A DNA stretch of 63,998 nt, counting the filler, from Malassezia furfur (Eukaryota), in assembly GCA_052055015.1 (NCBI GenBank). It is 4 parts of 4 records of this genome, joined end to end, with 100 filler letters (N's around TTAATTAATTAA, not from the genome) between each part and the next. Parts side by side here need not be neighbours in the genome. Positions count along the whole stretch, not along the records: positions 17,615 to 35,089 come from JBQJIT010000222.1; positions 35,190 to 52,633 come from JBQJIT010000223.1; 2 more parts are not named here. One strand, given 5' to 3'. Both the position numbers and the translations under genes were made by a program. The notes beneath the pieces were generated by a model, which made no database searches, was not told the origin of the DNA, and saw nothing but the letters and a program-made list of their open reading frames with translations. This document shows positions 31,499 through 42,343 of this stretch, piece by piece (within the stretch, counting starts at the first letter, position 1; each line of letters opens with the position of its first letter).

Positions 31499-31759
31499 AT
31501 GTTCGGCCTGAAGTTCACCGCGTTTGTGTTCCTGATGACGCTCCTTGTGAGCCTGGTGTCGGCGACGATGGAGAAGAGGGCGCCGGCTTCGCCTGTGGAG
31601 GCCAGCCGTGTTGAGAAGCGCGTGGGCACCGACTGTCTCCAGTGCGCCGAGTCGTACATCAACTGCTTCCAGCGCTTCGGCCTCCAGGGCTGCACGGACC
31701 CCAATGCGGAGCACTTTACCTACTGCCGCAACTGCTACGGTGTGGATCCGACTTGGTAA
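31499..31759 (+). CDS. Small secreted Cys-rich peptide precursor
   Basis: Signal MFGLKFTAFVFLMTLLVSLVSA, two EKR sites, then a 45-aa mature peptide with CxxC-x6-C-x8-C-x10-CxxC; good start context ACCATG. Confidence 0.8.
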   Translation: MFGLKFTAFVFLMTLLVSLVSATMEKRAPASPVEASRVEKRVGTDCLQCAESYINCFQRFGLQGCTDPNAEHFTYCRNCYGVDPTW

Positions 31760-31935
31760 CCGCATCTCTTAGGCACCGATGTCCATGCAAGGGCCCTATT
31801 TATCGTCTGTGCACTCCCTCCTCTCTTTCGCATAGCGCACCGGCGCATGGAAGTGTCGTTGCCACACAACGACACCGACATTGTCGACTTAGTTCGTCGT
31901 CTCTTTTATCGTATTTTTTTGTCTGTAGTAGGCTA

Positions 31936-32871
31936 TCAAAGCAGGTTAATCTCGCGCAGACGCTGGAGGAGGAATTCGTTGGCGGTCAAGGACGTGTTGT
32001 AGCGGCTGGGATTCGTCTCCGAGACACAGCACGGGAGTGGGTCGAGCAACACGTCGGGGTTCGGGTGCAGGAAGAACGGAACAGAGTAGCGCGGTTTTTG
32101 TGCATTGGCGTTCTTGGGGTTGGCGACGCGGTGCGTGGTGGATGGGTAGACGTGGTTCGTCAGGCGCTGGAGCATGTCTCCAATATTCACCACAATGGCA
32201 TCTTCTTCGGTGATGACAGGGATCCAATCTCCCTGCTTCGTGCGGACTTCGAGGCCCTCGGCACTGGCGCCGACCAGCAGGGTAATCAGGTTGATATCCT
32301 CGTGCGGGGCGGCGCGAAGACTCGGCGTTGCCGCGTCGGTGATGGCCGGGTAATGAATGGGGCGAAGGATGGAGTTGCCCGAGTCGATCTTGTCGTCGAA
32401 AAACGTCTCGGGCAGATCAATGTAGAGGGCCAGGGCACGGAGGATACGTGCGCCTAGCTGGTCGAGCGCCTGAAAGAGCGCATAGGCCTTTTCGTGAAAG
32501 TCGGGCACCTCGTTGGGCCATACGTTCGGGGCCATGACATCGGCAAACTTGGCGCCTGGCTCCAGCTCGCGCCCGATATGCCAGAATTCTTTGAGGTCGG
32601 CGTACTTGGCGCCCTTGGCCGTCTCTACCTTGAAGGGCGTGTATCCCCGCGCGCCGCCGGTGCCCGGGAGGTAATATTGGCGCTTGGTCTCTTCTGGGAG
32701 AGCAAAGAATGCCTCAAATGCTTTGTACGCGTCGTCGATCTGCGCCTGCGGGATGCCATGGCCCCGGATACAGCAGAAGCCGTATTCGCGGTACGCCTTT
32801 CCGAGCTCGTCAACAAACGCTGCGTGGTCTGTGTCGTAGCGCCGGATGTCGAGTGTGGGGATGGCCGACAT
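31936..32871 (-). CDS. Isopenicillin N synthase-like 2OG-Fe(II) oxygenase, bacterial-type
   Basis: IPTLDI, GFCCIRGHGIP, GGARGYTPF, DLKEFWHIGRE, HEDINLITLL (HxD), VVNIGDMLQRLTN, STTHRV, RYSVPFFLHPN (RxS). Confidence 0.92.
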   Translation of the reverse strand: MSAIPTLDIRRYDTDHAAFVDELGKAYREYGFCCIRGHGIPQAQIDDAYKAFEAFFALPEETKRQYYLPGTGGARGYTPFKVETAKGAKYADLKEFWHIGRELEPGAKFADVMAPNVWPNEVPDFHEKAYALFQALDQLGARILRALALYIDLPETFFDDKIDSGNSILRPIHYPAITDAATPSLRAAPHEDINLITLLVGASAEGLEVRTKQGDWIPVITEEDAIVVNIGDMLQRLTNHVYPSTTHRVANPKNANAQKPRYSVPFFLHPNPDVLLDPLPCCVSETNPSRYNTSLTANEFLLQRLREINLL

Positions 32872-33434
32872 GGGATGGGAATTACGTGACGCGCAGGGAC
32901 GCGTCGCGTAAGTGGGCACGTGCGTACGACGGCCAGGTCCGGGCACCCAGCGCCGAGCGCCAAGCACCGGGCGCCAAGCATCGGGCGCAGAACAGCACTC
33001 GGGTATCCTTAGGGTGTACTGCTGTCTCTTGGAGATTTAGGCATGCTATGGGCATCCGCTGGTACAGCAGGGACGCGTTGGCGAGACGTGGACCGGTGCC
33101 TGATTCGATGTGGAGAATTAGGACCCTTTTAGAGAAAGAAGCGCATTGGTCTTCCGGTCCTTGCCATGGTCCGTCTATCGTAGATCATTCCACGCAAATG
33201 AACCCATCTTGGTGACGAACCCATCCGCACGCGTCTCGATGGACCATACACTCGCTCCATCGGTGCCACTGGGATGCTGTGCCGCTGTGACCGGCCCGAC
33301 GCCGGTCTGCGCACACGGGGGTCGTGCCTCCACTGGATGATTGGCCCGCTGCTGGCTAACGCCGCGGTCTCGGCGATGGACCATCGCGCGTCGACTTAAG
33401 ACGCGGAGCGCACGTCGCAGATGCGACTACGTAG

Positions 33435-34786
33435 ATGCGAGTAGACCTAGTTCGGCGCTTCATTGTGTTGGACCTTGCGCCGCTGGCGTACGGCCTGGAC
33501 TCGACGCTGTGGCTTCCGGCCGTGCTGCGCTATGCGACGCTCCTGGCCCCGCACGATGCGGCACGCGCGGTGAGCCATGCGCAAGTTCTGTCGTCCGTGG
33601 AGCAGTTTGTCGTATCCATCCTCACGGGCCCCGTAGCGGCCTACTATTCCGCATCGCTGAAATGGTGCATCGTGTTCTTCTTGCTGTGCTGTGCGGCTGG
33701 CAACGCCGTGTATGCCTGTGCAGGCCCCCACGCCATCGGGCATGCATGGGCGCTCATTGGTGGACGCATGCTCAGCGGTATCGCGAGTGGGGCCGCGTCA
33801 CTGGCGCTGTCGTACGTCGTGATGGTCGCGCGTGCCGAGGATCGTCTGGCGGCCGTGTCGCTATACCGTGCGTTTGTCGGCGTCGCGCTGGCCGTGGGCC
33901 CCTGTTGACTGTGCCCCTGCACTGGGTCTCCTTCCATGTCGGGCAATTTGCCGTGGATCAGAACAATGCTGCGGCATGGGTCATGGCGTTCTTGGCGCTC
34001 ATGTTGGCCGGCATCGTCGGGGTGAGGTTGCGGGATGTGCAGGTACCGCAGGCGAACCACTTTCGCGTGCGTGTCCAATGTGTGGCCGAGCGCAGCGTGC
34101 GCCGTTCGTGGGCGGCTGCAGGTGCGGCGCTGGTACTGATCGCTGCGTCCTCGTTCCTGCTGGCCGACGTGTTCTTTGTGCTGACCGTGCTGCTGACCGA
34201 TGCGGCGTACTGGCACATGTCACTCATTGCGTCGTCGGGTATGCAGGCTGCTGTGTTTGGCGCCGCGCCGGGCGGCAGCATCGCGGTCGAACACCTGCGT
34301 GGTTGGGTACAGCGCCGGCGCCTCGGCAAGCCCGACGCGCGCGATGACGACGTGCCCGAGATTGGCATAAGCCTCGTGTCGTTCGTGGCCTCGGCCGTGG
34401 GCCTCGCGCTGGTGCTTGGGGCGCTCAGCCTGGATGCGGGACGTGGCACCTCGGCGGGTGCGCTCGCGTGCCTACTGATCGGGTGTGGGGTGATGGTCGT
34501 TGCCTACAATGTGCAAGCGGCGTCGCTGCCCTCGCTCTTCTCGCAGTGCCTGCCTGCCTCGACACGCCCAGGGCTCACGCCGTGGTACGCAGCGGCCGTG
34601 GCGCTCGGCAAGGCGGGCGCACCGCTCGTGGTCCAAGCGCTGAGCCGCGCCGTCGGCGGCACGACGGGGTGGATTGTGGCCGAGCTGATATGTGTCGGCA
34701 TCGCGGTACCGAGCGCGGTACTTGCAGTGTGCATGCGTGGGCCGTGGCGCGCGGCCGTGGCGCAAGAGCGGCGGCGTACGACCTGA
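33435..34786 (+). pseudogene. MFS-type transporter interrupted by a one-base frameshift (pseudogene or assembly error)
   Basis: First frame: multi-TM ORF with LIGGRMLSGIASG ending AVGPC* at 33908. The hydrophobic sequence continues in another frame as GPLLTVPLHW...DQNNAAAWVM. One extra C in the CCCC run at 33899-33902 would fuse them. Confidence 0.7.
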
Positions 34787-34802
34787 GGCCCGGTGTGTGC
34801 CC

Positions 34803-35089
34803 TCACTTGTGCTTGCGCGAGTCGAGACGCCTATACCCCTCGTTGCGTGCCTGCCACCGCGCAGCGAGAGGCCTGGCGATGTATTCGAACGCGAGGATGA
34901 GCGTTGCAACGATGCTCAGCAACAGGGCGACGCCCACGAGCACGAGGACAAAGGCGACGGGGTGCGGTCCGTACTGCTGCGCCCAGAGCTCGATGCGCGG
35001 CACATGCTCCACCGATGCGGCATGCGCCGCGCGGGCTGCCGGCACGAGCGCGGCGGCGAGCAGCGCAGTGGCAGGGGTGGTGGGGCGTG
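34803..35089 (-). CDS. Small single-pass membrane protein, 5'-truncated by the contig end
   Basis: Frame open from the contig edge; TM segment VAFVLVLVGVALLLSIVATLILAF followed by a basic tail. Confidence 0.45.
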
Positions 35090-35189
35090 NNNNNNNNNNN
35101 NNNNNNNNNNNNNNNNNNNNNNNNNNNNNNNNNTTAATTAATTAANNNNNNNNNNNNNNNNNNNNNNNNNNNNNNNNNNNNNNNNNNNN
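35090..35189. other. Artificial contig spacer
   Basis: Same 100-nt N/TTAATTAATTAA/N spacer. Confidence 0.98.
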
Positions 35190-38100
35190 CCTGCACGACG
35201 CCGGCCGCGACGCCGTCGGGCACGGGCGCGTCGGCCGCCTCGAGTGCGTCGAGGAGCGCGAGCGGCGTGTAGACGAGCGCCGACATGCGCGCAGCGACGT
35301 CGGCGCCCCACGCCTCGACGAGCGCCGGCGCCGCGTGCGGCACTGCGTACACACAGCGCATCAGCACCACGTCGTGCGCGGCGTCCGACGCGTCGGCCAG
35401 CGCGGTGAGCGGCACGTCGGCGAGATGCGCGCGGACGCGGTGCAGCGCCTGCAGCGTCCCGCACGTGGGGGGGTGCGTCGCGTCGAGGCCGGGCGGCAGG
35501 GCGGAGCGGAGCACCGTTGCAACGACACGCGCGCCGCTCGGCGTCGCCGCATGCGGGAGCAGCCGGGGCAGTGCGTCGTGCAGCGCCACGAGCGCGTCCT
35601 GCGCGCCCTGCCGCATGCTTGCGGCCGCACACGACGCGAGGCACGCGAGCACCGGCGCGGCGCTCTTGGCGCCGGGCGCCGGCACGTGCGTCAGCAGCGC
35701 GTGGACGATCGGCGCGGCGTCGCGCGTGGCGTACGCAAGGCGCGCTGCGCTGCACAGGAGCGCGGCGTCGCGCACATCCGCCTTCAGCCCCCGCGCGACG
35801 TCGTCCACGAGCGGCGCAAGGCCCGGCGCGTACGCGGGCCGCGCGGCGCCCAGGCGGCACACGAGGTCGACGAGCCGCTCACGGAACACGCCCGGCGCAC
35901 CGCGTGTGCCGCGCGCGAGCCACGCATGCACCACGGCGCGCTGCAGCACATAGCGCTCCACATCCGGCACACTCAGCTCGTACGTGTTGCTCCACGCGCA
36001 CAGCACGTCGAACGCGGCGTGCACCGCTTCGGGCGTCGCCGCGTCGTCAAGGCGCTCGAGGAGCGCGACGAACAGCATCGGCCACGCCGCTGCGCCGGCC
36101 GTCTCGGCGAGGCCCGCGTACGCCGGCACGTCGCGCGTGACGACCGCCAGCGTCGCGCGCCATGCGGCGTCCTCGGCGGCGGCGCGCGCGTCGACCACGG
36201 CGTCCCACACGTCGCCATGCCCAGCTGCACGCGCCGGTGCGGCGACGCTCGCGACAAGGGCCGCGCCGGCACGCGCCGCCACGTGCGAAGGATCGGCCAC
36301 CGCGAGCTCGTCGACGAGCGCGCGCAGCGGCGCATACGGCTTCGCACACGCCACAAGGCGCAGCACGACGCGCGCAATGTACGCGACGATCGGCTCACTC
36401 GCATTCGCGTCCACGCCCTCGGCCGTGTCAAACAGGTGCTTGGCGAGGCGGATGTGCGCCTGCTCAACGACGACCATCAGCAGCGGGCTGGGGCATGCGT
36501 CTTCCGAGACCGGCGCGCCGGCGCCGTGCGCCATGTGGGTGCGCGCGCGCTCTGCGTACCGGTGCGGCGTCTTGAGGCACCGCTGCACGCACTCGTCCAC
36601 AAAGTTGAGCACGCTCGCGCGGGGCGCCACGGCGCGCGGCAGCGCGGCGAGCCATGCGTGCACCTCGGCGGGGTCGTGCGCAAACAGCGCGGTGCGCTCG
36701 AGCTGCGTGTGCAGCAGCGCCGCGGCGCGCTTCTGGACCGCGCCGTGCGTCGCAGTGTACAGCGCGAGCAAAAAGTGTACATTGGAGCGCTGGGCACACC
36801 CCGGCCAAGCCGCCGGCGCCCGCGCCGTGAGGTCGTACGCGGCCTCGGTCGTGCGCGCGACCAGCTGCAGCGCGTGCAGCTGGCACAGGCGCTCGAGGTG
36901 CAGCGGGCCCTGCGCGTCGGTCGCGAGGAACGCGCTGGTGAGCAGCTTGCCTGCATCGTAGCGCGTATCAAAGGTCATGCTCGGCAGCACGGTGTGGTAC
37001 AGCGCGAGCACACGCAGCGCCGCCTCTTGCCGCATGCTGCCCGTGGCGTGCACGAGCGTCGCAACGGCGTCCACGGGCGGGAAGCGCTTGCGCCACACGA
37101 GCTCGTAGGTGCGCAGCGCCGCGCGCCATGCGCCGTCCGGCGGCTCGTCGAGGCGCGCGGCCGCACGCAGTGCGCCAACCTGCACGGCCTCGACGCGCTG
37201 CAGCGCGCGCGCCACGACCAGACACGCATAGTACTGCACCAGCGCATCGGCATGGCGCAGGCCACGTCCGAGTGCGCGCAGCAGCGACTCGGGCGCCGTG
37301 TTGGCCAGCACGACGGCGGCGCGGGGCGGCGCGGGTTCGTCGCTCGGCGGCACGGGCAGCGCAAGCAGGCGCCCGACAAACGCCATGCTCCCAAGCCACG
37401 CACTGTCCGCGCGCGGCTCGAGAGTGAGCGTGCGGTGCGCACTCTGCAGGTACGAGGCAACGAGCTCGGGGCAGGCGCCGAGGATGCGCAGCGCCAGCTC
37501 CTGCTGCCGCAGGTCGTCGATGGGCGACAGCTGGCGCACGAGGTGCGCGAGCACCTTGTTGTACACGCCGCCCTCGGCCGGCGTCGCGCGCGCGCCGTCG
37601 TCGAGCTTGGGGTACCACCCACGGTCCTGGTAGCACAGCCCAAAGCCGGGGTGCGTGCTGATGCTCAGCAGAAAGTGGTGCACGAGGTCGGCCACCGACG
37701 TGGATGCGCCGATCGTGTCGTGCTCGCGGGTATACAGGCGCAGAAGCGACGCGGTGGCCTGCTCGGTAAACAGCTTGACCTTGGTGCCGCGCGGCACATG
37801 GGTATCCTTGAACACTTCCTCGTGCAGCACAAGCAGCACGTACTGCACGACTTCGGCGGGGTCCGACACGAGCCCGCGCAGCACGAGCGGCACGCCCTCT
37901 GCGCCCAGCTCGAGCACCGCAACCTTGAGCGGCGTGTGGAACGACTGGGTGAGCATCGCGTGCAGGAACAGCATGTACTGTGTGCGAATATCCGCATCGT
38001 ACAGCGACACGACCGAGCCTGCGCGCGCACGCCGGCGCATCGACAGGAGCCGCGCGTGCACGTCGGCGGTCCAGTGGAAGCGCTCCCACACCGCGAGCGC

Positions 38101-38613
38101 ATGCTTGCCGCGCGCAAAGTTGGCCATCGCCGTGAACAGCTTGAGGGCCAGTAGCGCCGCGACCGCGTCGTTTCCCGCATCGCGCTTGTCGCGGCGCGAC
38201 TGCACCGCAGTTGTGATGTACGCGTGCATGCGCGTGGCCCACGGCGCGTCGGGCGCGAGCAGCCGTTCGAGGATGCGCTCGCCAAGCGCGTGGTAGGTCT
38301 GGTGCGCGGAGAGCAGGTCGAGCAGCTGTGCGAGCACCTGCATCGGCAAGGGGCGCAGCGTCGACAGCGAGCGCTGCTCGGCCAAGTCCCATGCGTCAAA
38401 CAGCAGCGGGAGCACGGGGGGTGCAGCCTCGACGACCTCGCGTGCGAGCAGCAGACGCTCGTCGGTCACGACGACGTGCGCGACCGCATACTCGCCGAGA
38501 TCCGCGGGGTGCAGCCGGAGCGCACTCCGCAGCCGGTGCAGCGCAGCGGCAGACGCATCTGCCGAGCTGCTCGAGAGCTCCGCATGCAGCGCGCCGACCG
38601 ACGGCCGCGGCAT
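35190..38613 (-). CDS. URB1: Nucleolar pre-ribosomal-associated protein Urb1/Npa1, 3'-truncated
   Basis: Large helical-repeat ORF; DIRTQYMLF, LRGLVSDPAEVVQYVL, ADLVHHFLLSISTHPGFGLCYQDRGWYP, VYNKVL, DDLRQQELALRILGACPELVASY. Confidence 0.85.
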
Positions 38614-38707
38614 CGAAGGAAGCCGTGCCGGCCAAAAAACGGCTGACGTCAGCACAGCGCACACGCCCTCCACCGCGCACGCGCAGCCTCCGCGTGCGAA
38701 GTGGACC

Positions 38708-40415
38708 ATGGCGACGGCGCGCCCGGACCGGCACACGCAGCGGTACGACCGCCAGCTGCGCCTGTGGAATACGTCAGGGCAGGCAGCGCTCGAGCATGCG
38801 CGCATCCTCGTCGTGGGCGCCTCGGCGCTCTCTGGCCAGATCCTCAAGAATCTCGTGCTCCCCGGCCTCGGTGGGTTTACGGTGCTCGACGATGCGCTCG
38901 TCACCGCGCGCGATATCGGCACCAACTTTTTCCTCCAGGCGGGCGAGAGCGAGGGAAAGCCATATGCGACCGAGCTTGCACGTCTCGTTGCCGAGCTCAA
39001 CCCGAGCGTCGCGCACGCGGGCCATGTCGAGGTACGTCGCCGGCGCTGACACAGTCGCCGTCCGCACTGCTCGCGCGCGACCCCGGCTTCTTTACGCAGT
39101 TTTCGCTGATTGTCTGTGTGCGGCAGCCACGCGACGTGCAGGAGCGCGTCGCGGACCTCGGCTGGCACCACACGCCGCCCATCCCTGTGTTTTGCGCACA
39201 GACCTCGGGTTTCCAGGGCGTGTTCCACGTGAGCGTCCGCGAGCTTGGCAGTACGTCGCTTGCTCACCCAGTCATCGAGACGCACCCGGACTCGCTCGTC
39301 GACCTGCGGCTCACGCGCCCCTTCCCGGAGCTCGCGGCGTTTGCGGCCAAATTCGACCTGGATACGGCCGATTCGTTGCAGCGCAGCCACATCCCATACG
39401 TCGTGCTGCTGCTCCGCGCGCTCCACGACTGGAAGGAGGAACACGGCGCGCTGCCGACGACCGCGTCGCGCGCCGACTTTCTCGCGTTCCTCCGTGCGCG
39501 CCGTCCGGAAGGCGACAGCGAAAACTTTGACGAGGCCCATGCGGCATTGGCACAGCACGTGTGGCGCCCGCTGCAGTCGCCCGCGGTCCCGCCGAACGTC
39601 GCAGGGATGCTCGACGACGTACAGGCGAAAGAGGTGTCGGAAAAGGTACGCCGCGGCCTCACACAGACCCCGCCGTTCTGGCTGCTTGTCGCGGCGCTCC
39701 GTGCGTACGTCGCGCAGGAACACACACTGCCGCTCTCTGGTGCGCTCCCAGACATGAAGGCGACGAGCGAGACGTACGTCGCGCTGCAGCACCTGTACGT
39801 TGCCAAGGCGCGCCGCGACTTTGACGCGTTCCAGTCGTGCCTCGACGATGTGCTCGGCAAGGCGCACCTCTCTCGCGACGCGGCTGGCCTCGGCGACGAC
39901 CAAGTGCGCACGTTTGTGAAGCACGCGGCGCACCTGCGCCTTGTGCGTGGGCGCCGCCTCGCGCAGCAGCGCACCGACCCGGATGTGGGCGCGATGGGTA
40001 CGTTGCGCAACTCACGCAGCGATGGCGTTTGCCGACCCCGTGAATCCGGTCACGGTGCAGTACCTAATCGCGTTCTTTGCGGCGGACGCATTCTACGCCG
40101 AGCACGCACGGTACCCCACCGAGTGGGCGGACGAGGCGGCACTGGTGCAGCTCGCGTACCGCTACGCCGACGACACGCACCTCGAGCTGGGCGACGACGA
40201 CCGCGACAAGCTGCGTGCGGCGTGTGTAGAACTGTACGTCCTCCCTCTCACCCAGCATCCGTGGCGCGCGCCTCGACCTGGCGTCCACGGCGGCGTACCT
40301 CGGCGGCGTCGTGGCACAGGAGGTGATCAAGGTGATTACGGTGCAGTACCTCCCACTGGACAATACGTGCGTCTACGATGGGATCGCCGAGGCGATCGGG
40401 AGCATCCGTCTCTAG
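38708..40415 (+). CDS. ULA1: NEDD8-activating enzyme E1 regulatory subunit
   Basis: RYDRQLRLW.TSGQAALE, ILKNLVLPGLG, IIETHPD, HIPYVVLL, LPLSGALPDM, GGVVAQEVIKVITVQYLPLDNT; introns 39032-39054, 39251-39271, 39646-39666, 39998-40019, 40234-40255. Confidence 0.93.
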
Positions 40416-41868
40416 TGTGCTGCTGCCTCCGTAGGGTCGGGCTTGACCTGACTGTAGACCTCACCGACGATCCCCAGCGCCTCGGCGCGCAGGCGCTGCG
40501 TCTGCTTCGAAACCTCGGCATCGTACAACGTGCGGTCCGACACCTCGCGGATCACGCTCTCGACCTCGAGCTTGGCGCCCTTGAACAGCGCGCGCATGCT
40601 GCGTCAGTCGTGTGCCCACGCACCCCTTCTCGGCCGCCTGCTCCTCAAGCTGCCGCTTGCGCTCCTCGGTGATGCCCTGCTCCTCGGCCTTCTCGAGCTC
40701 CTCAAACACGGATTTCAGCTCGAGCGCCGCACGCACCGTCGACACCGTCTCGCGGACCGTGTGGAACGACGAGCTGGCGGCGTGGAACATGCCACCGAGC
40801 GTACCAAATAGGCCGTTGGCCGCGAGGTAGTGCCGCGACTTGGCCGCGTACACAAAGCCCACGGCGTGCAGCAGCTCCACACCAAAGCTCTCCGTTTTGA
40901 GCTCCTCGGCCTCGAGGCGCACAATCTCGCGGAACCCGGCGCGCGCCTCGTCCGCCTGCGCCTCGTCGCTGGCCGTCGCGACGCTCTCGGTATAAATGCT
41001 CAGTTTGCGCGTGAGCTTCTCGACCAGTGCCGACACACGCTCCTCGCGCTCCTTCTCCTTCTCCTTCTCCTTGCGCTCCTCTTCGGCCTCCTTCGCAGCC
41101 TTTTGCTCGGGGGTCAGCGTGTCGTTCTTTGCATCGGTGTCTTTGCCGTCCGCCTCCTTTTCGAGCTCGCCCGAGTCTTTTTGGAGCGCCTCTTTCATGT
41201 CGCGTCCGATGCTGATTGTGCCAATCTGCGTTAGCGCTCAGCACATACAATGTCCTGGAAGCGATCGCCGCCAAAGATCCCGCCAAACACCTCCTCGGGA
41301 TCGACAATGCCATCCTCAGACGGCAGACCGGGCGTCGCGGGGCCAAACTCGTTGTACTTGTGCCGGAGCGCAGGGTCCGACAGCACTTGGTACGCCGCGG
41401 CGAGCTGCTTAAACTTTTCCTCGCCCTCAGGGTCGTTCGGATTCTTGTCAGGGTGCAACTTAATGGCCAGCTTGCGGTACGCACGCTTGACCTCCTCTGT
41501 CGTTGCCGATGCGGGGATCTGCAACACATCGTAGCTGGGGGGTGTGAGCACACGACGTACTAGGTCATATCGAGCGGCCGCTCATCCGTACCAATGCGGC
41601 GCTTGTTCGCCACCTCTTTCTTGCCGCCCTTGGCATCGGCGCGGATCTCGCGCAAGATTCGCGGCGCGCCCGGAGGGTCAAAGTTGCGCTTGCATTCGAC
41701 GCACGTCACCGAGAAGGATGTGACCGAACTTGGCAGTGCGGCAACATCCTCGACCTTGGGACGCTTGTACTCGATCTGTGCACGACAGTCCGTATACGGG
41801 CAGGCTACCGCGATGTATGCCTCCTTGCGTCGCGACTTAACCACGAGCCGGGCTGTGTCGTCGACCAT
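40412..41868 (-). CDS. DnaJ / DnaJ-X domain protein (Caj1/Djp1 family)
   Basis: YYDVL...[18 protein letters not shown]-domain, [39 protein letters not shown]; introns 41535-41560, 41226-41248, 40599-40623. Confidence 0.88.
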
Positions 41869-41945
41869 ATCGCCCAGTGGACGCGCGAGCCAACACTGGT
41901 GCCTTCGCAGCGCGGGGGAGTCGTAATTCCCCGACTGCGACCACC

Positions 41946-42300
41946 ATGGAGGCCCTGAGCCAATCGGGCAAGATTGTACGTTGCGCTGTGCGCGCTCACC
42001 CAGGACTATTGTGGTCAGCAGCTCGCCGAACGCCTCTACCAATATGTGCTCATTACAGGCGCGGTACGTATGCGGTGCATGCGGTTTTCGCGCACCGACG
42101 CGCTTGAGCGGACGATGCTGACCCTCAGGTGGTTGCGTTCGTCGCGGGGTACCTGCGCGAGGACCTCGCACTCACCCTGTACATATTCCTGGCGTTTGCC
42201 GTTGTGTGCCTCGGTGTATGTCGTGTTTCTTACCCAGCTCTGCGTCCCTCCGTGGCCGATGTACAACCGGTACCATGTCGCTTGGCGGCCGTCCTCGTAG
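41946..42300 (+). CDS. SPC1: Signal peptidase complex subunit Spc1/SPC12
   Basis: GKI|DYCGQQLAERLYQYVL, two TMs, LCVPPWPMYNR; introns 41976-42003, 42064-42128, 42216-42237. Confidence 0.88.
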
Positions 42301-42343
42301 ATCTGCTTAATTCCCCGGCGCGACGCGCTCGTTTTCGCCTGCC

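Noticed and set aside
19222..32871. Bacterial contamination, or a beta-lactam cluster implied by the IPNS-like gene
   Set aside because: The same contig has a telomere, fungal lipase/permease and Kex2-type precursors; there is no ACV synthetase or other NRPS.
38614..39933. 1599-aa ORF suggesting a longer Urb1
   Set aside because: The extra N-terminal part is the antisense shadow of ULA1.
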